From: Azolla caroliniana
Taxonomy: Eukaryota; Plantae; Polypodiophyta
NCBI GenBank assembly: GCA_043228905.1
Contig: JBHGNT010000004.1
Coordinates: 13,888,001-13,952,000 of the forward strand
DNA length: 64,000 bases
Reading direction: 5' to 3'
Part shown: positions 11,701-24,249 of the stretch, piece by piece
Numbering within the stretch: position 1 is the stretch's first letter
Layout of the letters: each line of letters starts with the position of its first letter
Translations under genes and position numbers: made by a program
Notes under the pieces: model-generated
Seen by the model: the letters and a program-made list of their open reading frames with translations, nothing else
Told to the model about the DNA's origin: nothing
Database searches by the model: none

Positions 11701-13522
11701 ACTCTCGCCGTATTCCTTCTTTCCGTAGAAACGCTGAAAATTCGTCGGAGAAGTACTCCTTGCCTCCATCCAACCAAAGACATCGTACATGTCGGCCCGT
11801 GGCTTTCTCGACTTCATTCTTAAATTTTTGGAAGTGTTCGAACACTTCACTCTTTTGTCGCATCGAGTAGATCCAAGTGTGCCTAGAGAAGTCGTCAATG
11901 AAGGTCATGTAGTATCGGCATCCGTTGAATGTCGCCGTTTGAGCCTGACCCCATACATCATAATGAATTACGTCGAGTACGCCTTCGCTCACATTCCGCT
12001 CCTTTGGAAATGGTTGCTGATGTTGCTTGCCGAATTGGCAAGCGGCACACACGCCTTCAATCTCTTTCTCCATGAATGTCGGGAGCCCGATGACGACTCC
12101 TTTTGATTGCATTGCCTTGAGCTTTTGGAGGTTGATATGGCCAATCCGCTTGTGCCATAACTCTTTGTCGGAATCGGCTTTCATGCCCTTTGCGAACATG
12201 GCCGATTTCATCTTGTGTGAGTCAAGAATGAACATTTGGCCCTCTCTTCGTCCGTGTGCGATGAGTCGGCCCTCTTTTTCAATGAAGCAACCGCCTTGAT
12301 TAATCGTACTTGCATTCCTTGCTCTACAATTTGGCTGACAGAGACCAAATTCTTCGTGATAGTTGGTACATGCAAGACATTTTTAATATAAGTTTTCTTA
12401 CCTTCTTCTCCGAACGAAACATTGCCGATGTGCCGAATTGGGTGCGTAGTATCGTCTCCGGTTTCGACATAGCCAAGTCAGTCCGGCTCTCGAAGTTCTC
12501 GAAACCATTCTTGATGCGACGTCATATGGTTCGAGGCACTGGAATCGACAGACCATACGTCTCCCGGACCAGAGGCATTAGTAGAAGTAGAGGCCGACAT
12601 AGAATTCGCTATATGTCTCATCACGAACATTCCACCGCGATCGTCATAGTCGGAGTTGATGGTGTAGTTGGTGAGTTGTCGGCTAGTGGAAGCCAACTCG
12701 CGTATCTTCTTACGGCATTCTTCTTCGTGGTGGCCAACTTTCCCGCAATATCCGCATTCGATTGAGGTTTGTCGGCTTAGACTAGAATGGTGGCTCCCCC
12801 TTCTTCCGAAGGTTCCCCGATGGCCTCCATCTTGTTGCCGTAATTGAGAGTTGTTTTCGTAAATCGGTCCGCCTCGTCCGCCTCTTTTTTGGCCGAATCG
12901 GCCTCTTCTTGCACAACCGCGTCCTCTTCCTCCGTCCGAATGCGTGTAGAGAATTTGGCCATCCGAGGCGCTACTCCTTGTTCGAACATGGTTTTCTTTG
13001 ACCAACAACATGGATTGAAGATCGAAGAACGAGGGCGGATTCTCCCATGCTAGTACAGTGATCCGCATCGCGCCGAATCTTGGTGCGAGCCCGCTCTGAC
13101 ACCATGTAAAGAATCAATGGTGATTCTTGTGAAGCGGAAGAGATGTGAGTTATGTGTGTATGTGTGAGAGAAGAGAGGAGAGGAGAGAAACACAAGATAG
13201 ATAAGAGACAATATGAAGTACTCAAGAAGAAGAAGGAGATGTATATTAACAAGTAGAATATGAGATACAAAATAGCATTACAAGGAGTCACAACCGACTT
13301 AGTATGAAGTATGAGGAGGGTGCTTTATATAGAGTCACCCTCTCTCTTCATTAACTTTACAACAACCACTCTCTCTCTTGGGGAATGTGAAGGCTCATAG
13401 TCATGGGGAATATGTAACTCATTAGTTATGTGTCATAGAATATGATTCTATGACACATAGTTAATGTGTAGAGAGTAGTGGTGTGTTCACACGTTGTGCT
13501 ATGTTGAGCTTGATTCTCAACA
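8771..13522 (-). mobile_element. Copia C2 (Bryco-like subfamily), 5' part of gag deleted, U5 end of 3' LTR truncated
   Basis: 5' LTR 13105-13522, PBS (rc TGGTGTCAGAGC) 13093-13104, 3' LTR ~8771-9203, PPT 9204-9211. ORFs 12478-13068 (gag CCHC/PR), 11234-12235 (INT) and 9436-11217 (RT-RH, YVDD). Confidence 0.92.
9436..11217 (-). pseudogene. C2 reverse transcriptase-RNase H frame (593 aa)
   Basis: Motifs YKARLVAKGY, QMDVKN, LYVDD, SWSSKKQ and HTKHIEVHY. Confidence 0.92.
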
Positions 13523-13814
13523 AAGTTTATATCGCTTTCTATTCTGAATATGGAGAAGGAACAAAATCATCTAGAAGGTGAGGGGGATGGTCAATCTTTT
13601 GCTAATTTTTTCGAAGATGTTATTGATAGGGATTTGCAATTAATCCCGCTAGTATGTCATGATGATCTGTTGCATGAGGATAACAATAAGGTAGCGGAGC
13701 AAAGTCTCATCATCATTGTCAGGAATAGTAGTAAAAATAGAGAGAGAATTAGTACTAGAGAAGGAAAGTACTATTAGGATTAGTACTAAGAGGAAGGGAG
13801 TGTGTAAGACTAAC

Positions 13815-13860
<46 letters not shown>

Positions 13861-13990
13861 TGATAATAGGTGATATATTATATGAAGAGTAAATACAAGA
13901 ATAGCTAGGAGGCTTAAGACTAGCGTTGAACCAAATTGGTTCGAAATAATGCCTTGTGCCTCTTTTTATAGTGTTGTCAAGAGTACTGCT

Positions 13991-14025
13991 GAAGTTTCTA
14001 GAATGTTCCAGAGAAATCTAGAATA
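13991..14025 (-). promoter_or_regulatory. Heat-shock element array upstream of the TATA box in the Tcn1-A LTR
   Basis: GAAgtTTCtaGAAtgTTCcaGAg matches alternating nGAAn units. TATA (rc TATAAAAAG) at ~13961-13969. Confidence 0.6.
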
Positions 14026-14078
14026 TACATCAATTTTCTATAGTGAAATAATAAATGAAAATAATATTCTTTATATTA

Positions 14079-14150
14079 AAATGTATAGTTTAATGGTAGG
14101 GCTTCAACTCATGTGACCCTAGGTCATTGGTTCAAATCCTTTTAATGCCA
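14079..14150 (+). other. tRNA-like Pol III module in U3 of the Tcn1-A LTR, antisense to the element
   Basis: A-box TAGTTTAATGG 14086-14096 and B-box GGTTCAAATCC 14129-14139 (43 nt spacing). Confidence 0.7.
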
Positions 14151-17100
14151 TACCATGACACTATCCCCCCCTTTAAATGACGATTGTTACGAGTCATCTT
14201 TGATTGAGGATCTGGTTTGTTCGGATATTGACGATGGAAGTCTTCAAGAAGAGGTCGAGCATTCGCGAAATTCATCACTAGTTCCAAGTATGCTCGCTTG
14301 GACTATATCCGAACCAATCGACCAAATAATAGAGCTTGTTGTGAATAATCTTGGAGTCGAGGACGGCAACAACCTCGAACTCTTGTCCATCTTCAAGTTC
14401 GATCAGCAGTGGAGGTGGTATAATTCGATCTGGGATAGCGTTGTCCTGATAGGGTCCTAGGAGAGAACTATGAAATATTGGATGTATCTGTAACTGCGGA
14501 GGAAGATCAAGGCGAAAAGTAACATCATTATTTTTTCTGTTAATACCGAAAGGGCCTAGCCGTCGATAATCCAATTTGTCACACGGTCGAGTACTCTTGA
14601 TGTGGCGTCGTAATAGCCATACTCGATCTCTAATATTAAAAGGGATGGAAACTTAATGAGGAGATCCTTCATAAAAAGGCCTCCATTGTGCAAAAGAGTC
14701 CACTATTTCTAATAGCTCCTTGTCATGTATCTCATAGTTGATTTCAGCGGCATCAAAGTTGCGTGAGTGAAACACCAAGGGATGTAGCTTCTTATCGTCG
14801 CCTTGTTGTGATAAAATACTACATAGGGCGAAATATGACACGTCTGCCTCCATGATAAATGGTTTTTCGGATCAACATGAGCTAAAACAGGAGCCGATGT
14901 AAATGCTTTCTTGAGACCCTCAAAAGTCGAGTCTGCTTCCTTAGACCAAACAAACGATCGACCCTTCTTTGTAAGATGTGTGAGCAACAAAATAAGCTTT
15001 GAGTAGTCTTGTATAAAGTTGCGATAGAAGTTTGTGAATCCTAGAAAGCATTGCACATCTCACAACGAATGTGGATTCTGCCACTCTAGCATAGTTTGAA
15101 CTTTAGCCGGATCCATAGAGATGCCTTCCGAGAAATGACATAGTGGAGAAATTCCACCTAGCTACAATCAAAACCACACTTCTCCAGCTTTGCATAAAGA
15201 CCATGTTCTCGTAGTTTTCTTAGTACTAATAGTATATGAGAAGCATGCTCCTCTTGTGTCTTTGAATAAACTAGCAGATCATCCGAGTAGATGATTAAAG
15301 AGACGTCCAAAAGATCTCAGAGTATATAATTGGCCATGTGTTGGAAGACTGCCGGCGCATTGGTGAGGCCGAATGGCATAATTGTATACTCGAAGTGCCC
15401 ATATCAGGTGAGGAAAGTTGTCTTCCATTCGTCTATCGGTCGAATCCGTACGAGGTTTTATGCTCCTCGTAACTCGATTTTTGTTAAAAACTTGGCGTCA
15501 TTAATCCTTTCTAAAAGACTCGAGATCAAGGGAAATGCATACCTATTTATGATGGTGACCTTATTCAAGCCACGGTAATCCACGACTAGACGAAGTGAGC
15601 CATCTTTTTTCTTGATGAGGAAAATGGGTGCAACGGCTGGAGATTTCGAATGTTGAATGAACCCGTGTAAAGAAAATGAAGCAAGTGGTGTAATGCAGTG
15701 GAAGATAATTGAGTGTGTGTGTGTGTGTGTACGTAAGGCAACACACATAGAGAGTAAGAGAGAGCTTAAGACAGAGATAACTATATATTACATCCAACAG
15801 TAACAAAGTTACAAAGGGTTGGTTTAAATACCAACTAAGCTAGGGCAATTGCCCTTTCTACTATTTACAAAACTGGCCTGGTATGTCCATGAGCTAGTGT
15901 GAAACCTATTACTAAAGGAAGTGGAGTTCAACTCTCAACACTCCCCTTCGAATACTACTTTTATCTATCGAAAGGTTGTTCGGTTCGTACTTCGACTCGT
16001 CTCATCGGCATCGATCAACTGCATATTACTTACTTGCATATCGTGCCTACGTTGTTCGGTTCGTAGTTCGAAACGCTTCGAACTTTGATTGTTTGGCTTT
16101 CTGGTTGCATACTCCTTGTTTGGCTTCGATCAATGGATTGGTTCACTGTTTTGTACTCCCCCTCAAGCTCGGCTGGTCGGGAAGAGATACGCCAAGGTTC
16201 AACGCAAACTGTCGCAACTTGTCGATACCAAGGGCTTTCGTGAAAATTTCGGCTACTTGTAGGTGCATACTGAGATGTTGTAAATCGATATCTCCGGCTT
16301 GTACGCGCTCGCGGATGAAATGATAGTGCACTTCAATGTGCTTAGTCCGTGCGTGGAATACGGGGTTCCGCGCCAGGTAGATACTACTCATGTTGTCATT
16401 CGTAGTATAGACGAATTTGATCTTTGATGAGTATGGCCAACTCCTTCAGTATACGCTTGAGCCATACGTCTTCGCATGCAGCGATTGCCGCGCCCCTGTA
16501 TTTGGCTTCCGTGCTCGACAATGCGACTGTCGGCTGCTTCTTACTTCTCAAGGAGATCGCTTCGCTACCAAGAGAGAAGACGAATCTGGATGTGGATCGT
16601 CTATCTGTGTCTGTGTACCCTTCGAGTCGAATGATCGTATTTGACTTATACATGATGTCGTAGTCCATCGTCGTGCTGACATACCGAAGTATCCGCTTAG
16701 CGCAATCCAGATGAAGATTTCGCGGATTTTGCATAAATTGACTAAGCAAGCCGACCGAATAGTTGAGGTCGGGTCGCATGATGGTTAGATAAATTAATCT
16801 ACCAATTAGTTGATGATACTGCGTCGGCTCGTGTTGGGAGACAGGTCCCTCCGGATGGTGCAGGCCCGGTATGAACCGGATGAGGAGTACCCGGCTACGG
16901 AGAGCCGGATGGTGCAGGCCCGGTATGAACCGGAGGAAGAGACATATTCGTAAATATGTTTCTGAGAGCCCATTGTGGCTATATTTGTAAATAGCCGAAA
17001 AGTCATATTAGTATAAATATGACTTAGGGCAAACTAATATGTAGATATAGTTATTATTTTCTTTGTTGGTGCAAGAAGAAGATAGAGTGCGTAACTGTAC

Positions 17101-18531
17101 AGAGAGAGAGAGAGAGACGAGGTCGTTGCCTCTGTTGTAACCGCCGCCTGTGGCGAAGATCGTGAGCACGAGGTCGTTGCCTCCGTGAACTCACTGTTTT
17201 GTACATTCTTACATAGTGACAGTTTGCAGCCCGTGGGTTGCCGTGGTTTTTTCCCCTAGTTTGGGGTTTTCCACGTAAACCTCCTGTGTATCTTTCTCCT
17301 CTTTGTGTCGTGTTCTATTTCCCGTTTTCTGTGTATGAAAAGAGGCTCGGTTGTGGCCGAGCCTTGCGCATAAGGAACGTTGGGTTCCCGTCAAGTGGTA
17401 TCAGAGCAAAACAACACAGAAAATGGACGAATCGTTTGGCGGCATGTTCAAGCTCACCGGCTCCAACTATTCAGTGTGGAAGTCGAAGATGAGGGACATG
17501 CTCGTTGTTAAAGACCTCTGGCTGTCGGTTCAGTTCGGGGACAAGAGACCGGACAAAATCGACGCCGCGATATGGGAGGTGATGCACATGAAGACAACGG
17601 CGTACATACGGTGCTTCATTGTTATGTACACATAACGTTGGTGAGGGTAGGTCACTAATATTTACATTAGTGAAGGGTATGTTCACTATTATTAAAAAGG
17701 GGACTAATGATTGGATAGAATGAATGATATGTGCATGCACTATCATGATTTAGACAACCAATGAATAGAGAGCCTTTTAGAAAGGCACATCTATTCAAGG
17801 GGCCTAGGAAAAGGTATAAATATGAGGCTTAGCTACCCTCATAGGGATCATCACGTCGGAAGGCTGCTGTCGTAGACACCGGTGGTGCGGGCTAGGCTTT
17901 CGTCTCGACGATCGTGTTTATCTCTTCCAAGGTATTAGTCATCCTAATATCCGGCGGTATGGGACGTCGGTGGTAGGTTGGCTATGTCTAGATCATAGCT
18001 CGGGGGTGGTCGGGTGGACCGGGTTCTTCTATCCAATCTATTTTCTTCCTTATTACTTGATTTGGTCTATTGATTAGTAATAAACTCTTAACAGTGGTAT
18101 CAGAGCTTTTACTAACAATTTTTTTGTTGTTTTGATGTTTTTTGCGTGTGAGCGAGGGGGATCTAACAAGGCTCGTCATGCTCTTCTCAGGATCAAAACA
18201 ACACTCTAAACCCGGTATTCTTCTTTTTTGATCTCTTCTCTTTTTCTATTATGCGTTCTTTATGGTCGAATCAAATTGGTATTACGTTTTATTCTCTTTC
18301 TTTCTACCTCCTACTACGCTACGATTTTACTTATTATTATGCATCGGGCCGAGCGTGTTTGCACTAATCGCACACGCTCAACTCATGGCCTTTTGCATAT
18401 TGCGATATATATCCCACTCTCTCCTCTCTTGAACTCTTACGATAATAATTATTCTTGTGCATTGGGTCGAGCGTGTTTGCTCTAATCGCACACGCTTATC
18501 TCGTGGCCGTTTTGCATATGATGTTGAGTAT

Positions 18532-18860
18532 ACCACTCTTCCTCTCTATTGAGCCATCACTTGGCCGATTCTAAGGGATGATGTGGCCTTGACGAGGTGT
18601 ATGTTGCCTACCTATGCCACTCTACTCTCTATTAAGCCATCAATTGGCCGATTCTATGGGATGTTGTGGCCTTGACAATGTATATGTAGCTTACATATGC
18701 CACTTTCCTTTTTAATTAGCCATCAATTGGCCGATTCTAAGGGATGATGTGGCCTTGACGAGGTATATGTCACTTACCTATGCCACTTTCCTCTTTAATT
18801 AGCCATTACTTGGCCGATTCTAGGGATATGTGGTGGTCTTGAGGAGGTGCATGTCAACTA
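18532..18860 (+). repeat. ~83-bp tandem repeat x4 in the chromovirus 5' leader
   Basis: The unit contains TTGGCCGATTCTAAGGGATGATGTGGCCTTGAC and starts at ~18532, 18618, 18700 and 18783. Confidence 0.85.
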
Positions 18861-19845
18861 CCCTAGGGTTTCGTATCTTAGGGCATGTTTGATTCCATAC
18901 ACCTAATTGTTGATTATTCTAATTAAATTTTAATTTCATAAGTAGTGTTTCACTTATATGATTTTCTAGTAATTATTATTTACCCGCCCACAATTAACTC
19001 TCCTTTTTCCACTTCCTTTTCATGTATAAAGTATTTACATCGTTTATTTTAATGTAACCTTTACGTGTAGACTATTTTTTCGTATGGAGTGGCTTGTTGA
19101 ACGATTTTTTTCAACGGGTCATCTAGGTTTAACTCTTATCATCAAGCCTTAGAAAACGAGTAAAACCATATGAGTTCCCTTATTGATGTTTTACTCATAG
19201 ATTTGAGTATTACATCTTTGCGCACAACACCATCATCACTTGTATCAATTTGTGGCTTATGTCACAATTGTGCAAGTTATAACAATCATATTGGGATGTA
19301 TATGTGCATACCTTGCACTTCCCATTTATTTGTGACATTGTTTTTTTCGTAGGTAACACATGGGTTCTTTTTTTTTTACCCTTGTTTTCGTCACTACTTA
19401 ACTCTTATGAGTAGTGCCTTATTTTATCATTTTATCATCACGTTTGCTTATTGCTCGCAAGACTAGAATATTACTTGTGAGTGCACTTGTTTTTTCATGT
19501 AATACACTTTCTCGACCATATAATACATGATGGGTTGGCATTAATATAAGGCTATCTAGGAAATTTCATTGATGTAAGAACCATGGTTGAGCCTCAGGGA
19601 GCCGCCATGATTACTCAAGATAGAGATCCGAGAAATACATCTTAGCTATGTTTTCCCCCATGGTTTTTAAAACACCATAGTGTTACCATAGTTATCGGAT
19701 CTCGAATCACATCTCATATGTCTAGAGGGGTAAAGACATGAGATACTTTCTTGGATAAAGTTCTTTCAATCAAAATTTCAAGCATTCATTTTGCTTGTGT
19801 ATTTTCTGAACCTCCTTATTTTATTGCATACCCACAGCGTGCATC

Positions 19846-20532
19846 ATGGAACAAGTTTTCAACGCAGTTGGAACGATCTCTCCAAATGAGACCTCTCAAC
19901 CCCAATCCGCATCTCGCACACAAGCTGAGATCACTATTGAGCAATTGCTCACTACTACCTTGAATCAATTGGCTGAAATGAGACAGGCCAATATGGCATT
20001 GGAAAAGAAATTCCCAGAATTAACTATTGAGTCCAAGAAAGAAGGTGAACCTTCCTTCGTAGTCACGCCTTTCAAGGGAGATAAGAAAGAAAGAACCGAG
20101 GAGGCCATTAGCACTTGGCTTGGTCGTTGGGAGTCTCACTTTGAGCTTCATCCCAAGCCCGATGCAGTAAAAATTGGTTATGTCGGTCGTGAGTTAGGTG
20201 GCCGAGCTGCTGCTTGGTGGCGTGGCCTAAGGACCGCAAAAAACTTACCCACAACTTGGGAAGGTTTCGTTGATGTTTTTAAGAAACAATTCTTGCAGCC
20301 ACCTTCTCAAACCGAACAAGCGCAATACTTGCTCACATTGTCTAGTAAGCCATTTACCTCTCTCGAGGATTATGTGCATCACGCTCGAACCCAGATCCAA
20401 AAATCGAGACTTACGGGTGAGAAATGGTTTGTCGCTTGTTTTTTGAATGGTATTCCCAATGGGGATTATCATTGGATTGTCCATGACAAGGACCCCACAA
20501 CTTTCGAGGAAGCCGTCAACATTGTGTTGTGA
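19846..20532 (+). CDS. Chromovirus Gag (228 aa, ending at an in-frame TGA before the CCHC knuckle)
   Basis: Motifs AAAWW and TWEGFVDVFKKQF. The same frame continues past the TGA into CAYCKKRGHTKDTC and pol. Confidence 0.85.
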   Translation: MEQVFNAVGTISPNETSQPQSASRTQAEITIEQLLTTTLNQLAEMRQANMALEKKFPELTIESKKEGEPSFVVTPFKGDKKERTEEAISTWLGRWESHFELHPKPDAVKIGYVGRELGGRAAAWWRGLRTAKNLPTTWEGFVDVFKKQFLQPPSQTEQAQYLLTLSSKPFTSLEDYVHHARTQIQKSRLTGEKWFVACFLNGIPNGDYHWIVHDKDPTTFEEAVNIVL

Positions 20533-20724
20533 TACCATAGGACTTCCAAGAAAGACCACAATAAACCTGAGTTCGCCAAAACTCCGAATGTCAAGTTCAT
20601 TGGGAAATGTAAGCAATCCAGTGACACTCTTGACCGCGACTCAAAGAAACCGAACCTCTTCTGTGCATATTGCAAGAAGCGGGGCCACACAAAGGATACC
20701 TGTCGTCGTCTTGAGAGGAAGTCA

Positions 20725-23700
20725 ATGAACACCCCTCCTCAAGACAAATCTACGAGTCACACAGGTGAGTCTTTTGATATTGTTGAAGTTCATACCAATC
20801 ACTTAAGTTTATGTGAATGCACTTTTCCTTCACATTTACTTGGACCTAATGATTTACTCCGAGCAGTCGGATATATCAATGGAACACAAGCACATTTCTT
20901 GTTTGATTCCGGTAGTTCTCACAATTTTCTTAATGATCACTTTGTGCAGCAAATGGAGCTCCACATAAACGCAAGTGATCATATCTATCAAGTTCACATG
21001 GCAAATGGAAACGTTCAATACATCAGTGGCATTGTTTGTCAATTGCCAATTCAAATAGATACTTATTTGGAGAAGCTTGACTTTCATGTTATGAAATTAC
21101 AATCCGCAGATGTCATTTTAGGATATCCTTGGTTTTTTAATAAAAACCCTTCTTTGTCCATTGATTGGGTTAATCACTCAATCACATTTGAACTTAATAA
21201 TTGTAAACATTTTATTCAATGTTCCAAACTTCCTTCTCATTCACTTGTGTCTTCTAAATCTTTAAGTGAGTATTCTAGTTCATTAATTTATTCGTGTGTA
21301 ATTGATCCTGCGGTTCAATTTTATTATTTTAATATTGGCGCCACACAATTACCACATTTTGAGCAACGATTACTCGACTCTATTTTAGAGGATTTTCAAG
21401 ATGTGTTTCCTACTGAATTACCGCTTACTTTACCACCTAAACGTAATGTGGACCATCAAATTGAACTCATCCCTGGGGCTGCTCCTGTGAGCATTCCACC
21501 TTACCGACTTAGTCGATTAGAAGAGGATGAGATCGCTAAACAGCTTAAGGAATACTTGAGTATGGGCCACATTAGGTATAGTAAATCACCTTGGGGTGCG
21601 CCAGTTCTATTAGTCAAGAAGAAGGAAGGTTCGTGGCGAATGTGTATCAATTATCGCCGTTTGAATAAAATGACAATTAAGAATGCATATCCATTACCTC
21701 GTGCCGATGATTTGATTGATCGTTTGCACGGGGCTCGATATTTTACGAAAATTGACTTACGAACTGGTTATCATCAGATTCGCATCGCCGAGGATGATAT
21801 TCCTAAAACCGCTTTTCATACGCGCTATGGCCATTATGAGTTTTTAGTCATGCCGTTTGGGTTGACTAATGCTCCAGCCACATTCCAACAAGCGGTGAAT
21901 GATGTTTTCCGAGATCAACTCGGTGATTTTGTTGTCGTCTTCTTGGATGATATTTTGATATATAGCCGTACCTTGCAAGATCATGTTCAACATGTTCGAT
22001 TTGTTTTGCGAAAGTTGCGTGACAACTCTTTCTATGCAAAACATTCAAAATGTGACTTCTTCCAAAAATCTATTGTGTACCTAGGTCATTTAATTACAGA
22101 AAATGGCGTTGAAATTGAACCTTCTCGTATTGAAAAGGTTAAACTTTGGCCCATTCCTCGTAATATTCGTGAACTTAGATCATTCTTAGGGTTTGTTGGA
22201 TTTTTACGAAAATCAATTCGTAACTATTCCAAATTGACTACGCCATTAACTGACCTTTTAAAAGGTCATCCACGTAAGTCTGTCAAACCAATTTCATGGA
22301 ATGAACAACTTGACAAATCATTTGAGACACTCAAGGAGCATGTGTGTCAGGCTCCCACTCTTCTATTACCAGACCCTTCTAAGCCTTTCTCAATTGAAAC
22401 CGATGCTAGTGATTATGCTATTGGTGCCGTTCTTTATCAAGGTGGTCACCCTATTGCTTTTGAAAGTAAGAAGCTTGATGTTGCTCAATCTCGGTATTCG
22501 GTTCAAGAGAAAGAGTTGTTTGCGGTGATACACGCACATAAAACATGGAGGCACTATCTCTATGGAAATAAATTTGTGGTTACAACAGACCATCAATCAT
22601 TAAAGTATTTTTGTGACCAGCCCGATCTTGTTGGTCGTAAAGGCCGTTGGGCTGACCTTATGCAAGATTTTGATTTTTCCATACGATATCGCAAGGGTTC
22701 TATGAACACCGTTGCTGATGCTCTTAGTCGCATTAAAGAAGTTAACATGCTTAGCTTCACGGAAATAAAATCTGATCTTTTAGATCACCTTCGAGGGAAA
22801 TACCTTGATGACAGTTATTTCTCAAAATACTGGACGAAAGCCGAATTTGGTTTAGATGCCGATACTAGCACCCTACCCTCGAAGGCGACCTTTCACATTA
22901 CAAACGGTTTGCTCTACCGTAGTGGAAAGGTCTGTGTTCCAGATTTACCAAATGTTAAACAGAAATTTTTTCATGAATGTCATGATGCACCATCTGCTGG
23001 TCATCCTGGAATACAACGCACACTCGTTCTCATCTCGTGTACTTTTTTCTGGCCTAAGATGCGCTCTGACGTGCATAAATACGTAACTCAATGCTTACAA
23101 TGTCAGATTAATAAGTCGGAACGACTTAAAGCTGCTGGTCTTTTACATCCCTTAGATATTCCCAACAATAAATGGGAAAGTATCTCGATGGATTTTATTG
23201 TTAGTTTACCTCGTACACAGAGGGGTCATGATGCCATATGGGTTGTCGTTGACAGGCTAACAAAATTAGCTAGATTTATTCCTACAAAAACCACGGTAAC
23301 CGCTCAACAGTTGGCTTATCAATTTGTTGATGAGTTATTTCGTTTTTATGGATTACCGATGGATATTGTTAGTGATCGAGATTCCAAGTTTACTAACGAC
23401 TTTTGGACTCAGGTCTTTAAGAAACTAGAAACTACGTTGAGCATGAGTTCCGCAGATCATCCTCAGTCTGATGGACAAACTGAACGAGTTAATCAAATTA
23501 TTGAGGACATGCTTCGAGCTTATGTAGCAAAAACCCCTTCTAAGTGGGAGCAATACCTTTCTATCTTAGAATTTGCCTATAATAGCTCTAAACATACATC
23601 CACTGGATATAGTCCTTTTATGTTGATGTATGGTTTTCAGCCACGTGCCCCAGTTGATGTCATGATTCATCGTGATACATTAGATAGTACACGCAATTTT

Positions 23701-24249
23701 TTGCAAGACATGAACCAAATGTTGCATATTGCCAAAGAAAATGTCAAGACAGCTCAAGATCGTGCTCGATTTTATGCTGATCAGGATAGACGTCCTCGTG
23801 CATTTACTATTGGTCAAAAAGTTTTTTTGCGTGTCCCGACTGATTCTACGTCATTATCTATGGGCAAGTGCGCTAAGTTAGCCCCACGATATTGTGGCCC
23901 ATTTGAAATCCTTAAGCGAGTTGGGTCATCTGCTTATCACCTTGCCTTACCTCCTAACGTTGGTATTCATCCTGTTTTTCACGTCAGTCGTCTAAAACCA
24001 TTTTTAGGCTCTGGTGATAACACCATCACAATCCAAGATCTTGTAACATTAGAGGATTTTTCTTACAAACCTCATGTTCCTGAACGAATTCTTGATTCTC
24101 GTACTAAACGTTTACGTTCTAAAGAGATTCGGCTATTCAAGATCAAATGGATGGATAAACCTATTGATGATGCCACATGGGAACGCGAGCATTCGCTTAA
24201 GGCACAATTTCCTCACTTTATATTGCAAGAGTGCAATCTTTTGAAGTAG
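20725..24249 (+). CDS. Chromovirus Pol (PR-RT-RH-INT-chromodomain), 1174 aa uninterrupted
   Basis: Motifs FDSGSSHNF, KIDLR..FLDD, ETDASD, HHCC zinc finger, ISMDF/SDRD/GQTER, GPF module and ERILDSR..FKIKW..DATWE chromodomain. Confidence 0.95.
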   Translation: MNTPPQDKSTSHTGESFDIVEVHTNHLSLCECTFPSHLLGPNDLLRAVGYINGTQAHFLFDSGSSHNFLNDHFVQQMELHINASDHIYQVHMANGNVQYISGIVCQLPIQIDTYLEKLDFHVMKLQSADVILGYPWFFNKNPSLSIDWVNHSITFELNNCKHFIQCSKLPSHSLVSSKSLSEYSSSLIYSCVIDPAVQFYYFNIGATQLPHFEQRLLDSILEDFQDVFPTELPLTLPPKRNVDHQIELIPGAAPVSIPPYRLSRLEEDEIAKQLKEYLSMGHIRYSKSPWGAPVLLVKKKEGSWRMCINYRRLNKMTIKNAYPLPRADDLIDRLHGARYFTKIDLRTGYHQIRIAEDDIPKTAFHTRYGHYEFLVMPFGLTNAPATFQQAVNDVFRDQLGDFVVVFLDDILIYSRTLQDHVQHVRFVLRKLRDNSFYAKHSKCDFFQKSIVYLGHLITENGVEIEPSRIEKVKLWPIPRNIRELRSFLGFVGFLRKSIRNYSKLTTPLTDLLKGHPRKSVKPISWNEQLDKSFETLKEHVCQAPTLLLPDPSKPFSIETDASDYAIGAVLYQGGHPIAFESKKLDVAQSRYSVQEKELFAVIHAHKTWRHYLYGNKFVVTTDHQSLKYFCDQPDLVGRKGRWADLMQDFDFSIRYRKGSMNTVADALSRIKEVNMLSFTEIKSDLLDHLRGKYLDDSYFSKYWTKAEFGLDADTSTLPSKATFHITNGLLYRSGKVCVPDLPNVKQKFFHECHDAPSAGHPGIQRTLVLISCTFFWPKMRSDVHKYVTQCLQCQINKSERLKAAGLLHPLDIPNNKWESISMDFIVSLPRTQRGHDAIWVVVDRLTKLARFIPTKTTVTAQQLAYQFVDELFRFYGLPMDIVSDRDSKFTNDFWTQVFKKLETTLSMSSADHPQSDGQTERVNQIIEDMLRAYVAKTPSKWEQYLSILEFAYNSSKHTSTGYSPFMLMYGFQPRAPVDVMIHRDTLDSTRNFLQDMNQMLHIAKENVKTAQDRARFYADQDRRPRAFTIGQKVFLRVPTDSTSLSMGKCAKLAPRYCGPFEILKRVGSSAYHLALPPNVGIHPVFHVSRLKPFLGSGDNTITIQDLVTLEDFSYKPHVPERILDSRTKRLRSKEIRLFKIKWMDKPIDDATWEREHSLKAQFPHFILQECNLLK

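Larger units (their letters stand above)
13717..15665 (-). mobile_element. Tcn1-like chromovirus A, 3' part (RT, RH, internal deletion, INT C-terminus/chromodomain, 3' LTR)
   Basis: 3' LTR 13717-14160 (rc TGTCA...TGACA) and PPT 14161-14171. Peptides [23 protein letters not shown] and chromodomain FEVVAVLDSK..LYYLVDWFGY. RT is interrupted at 15666 by Copia C3. Confidence 0.88.

Noticed and set aside
13523-13716. 75-aa ORF (13550-13777) between C2 and the Tcn1-A LTR
   Set aside because: It has no recognisable motif and runs into the LTR, so it is left unassigned.
14079-14150. Functional tRNA genes at this and the other tRNA-like sites
   Set aside because: Acceptor and anticodon stems pair poorly. 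Only the promoter boxes and their spacing are kept, so they are not called tRNAs.
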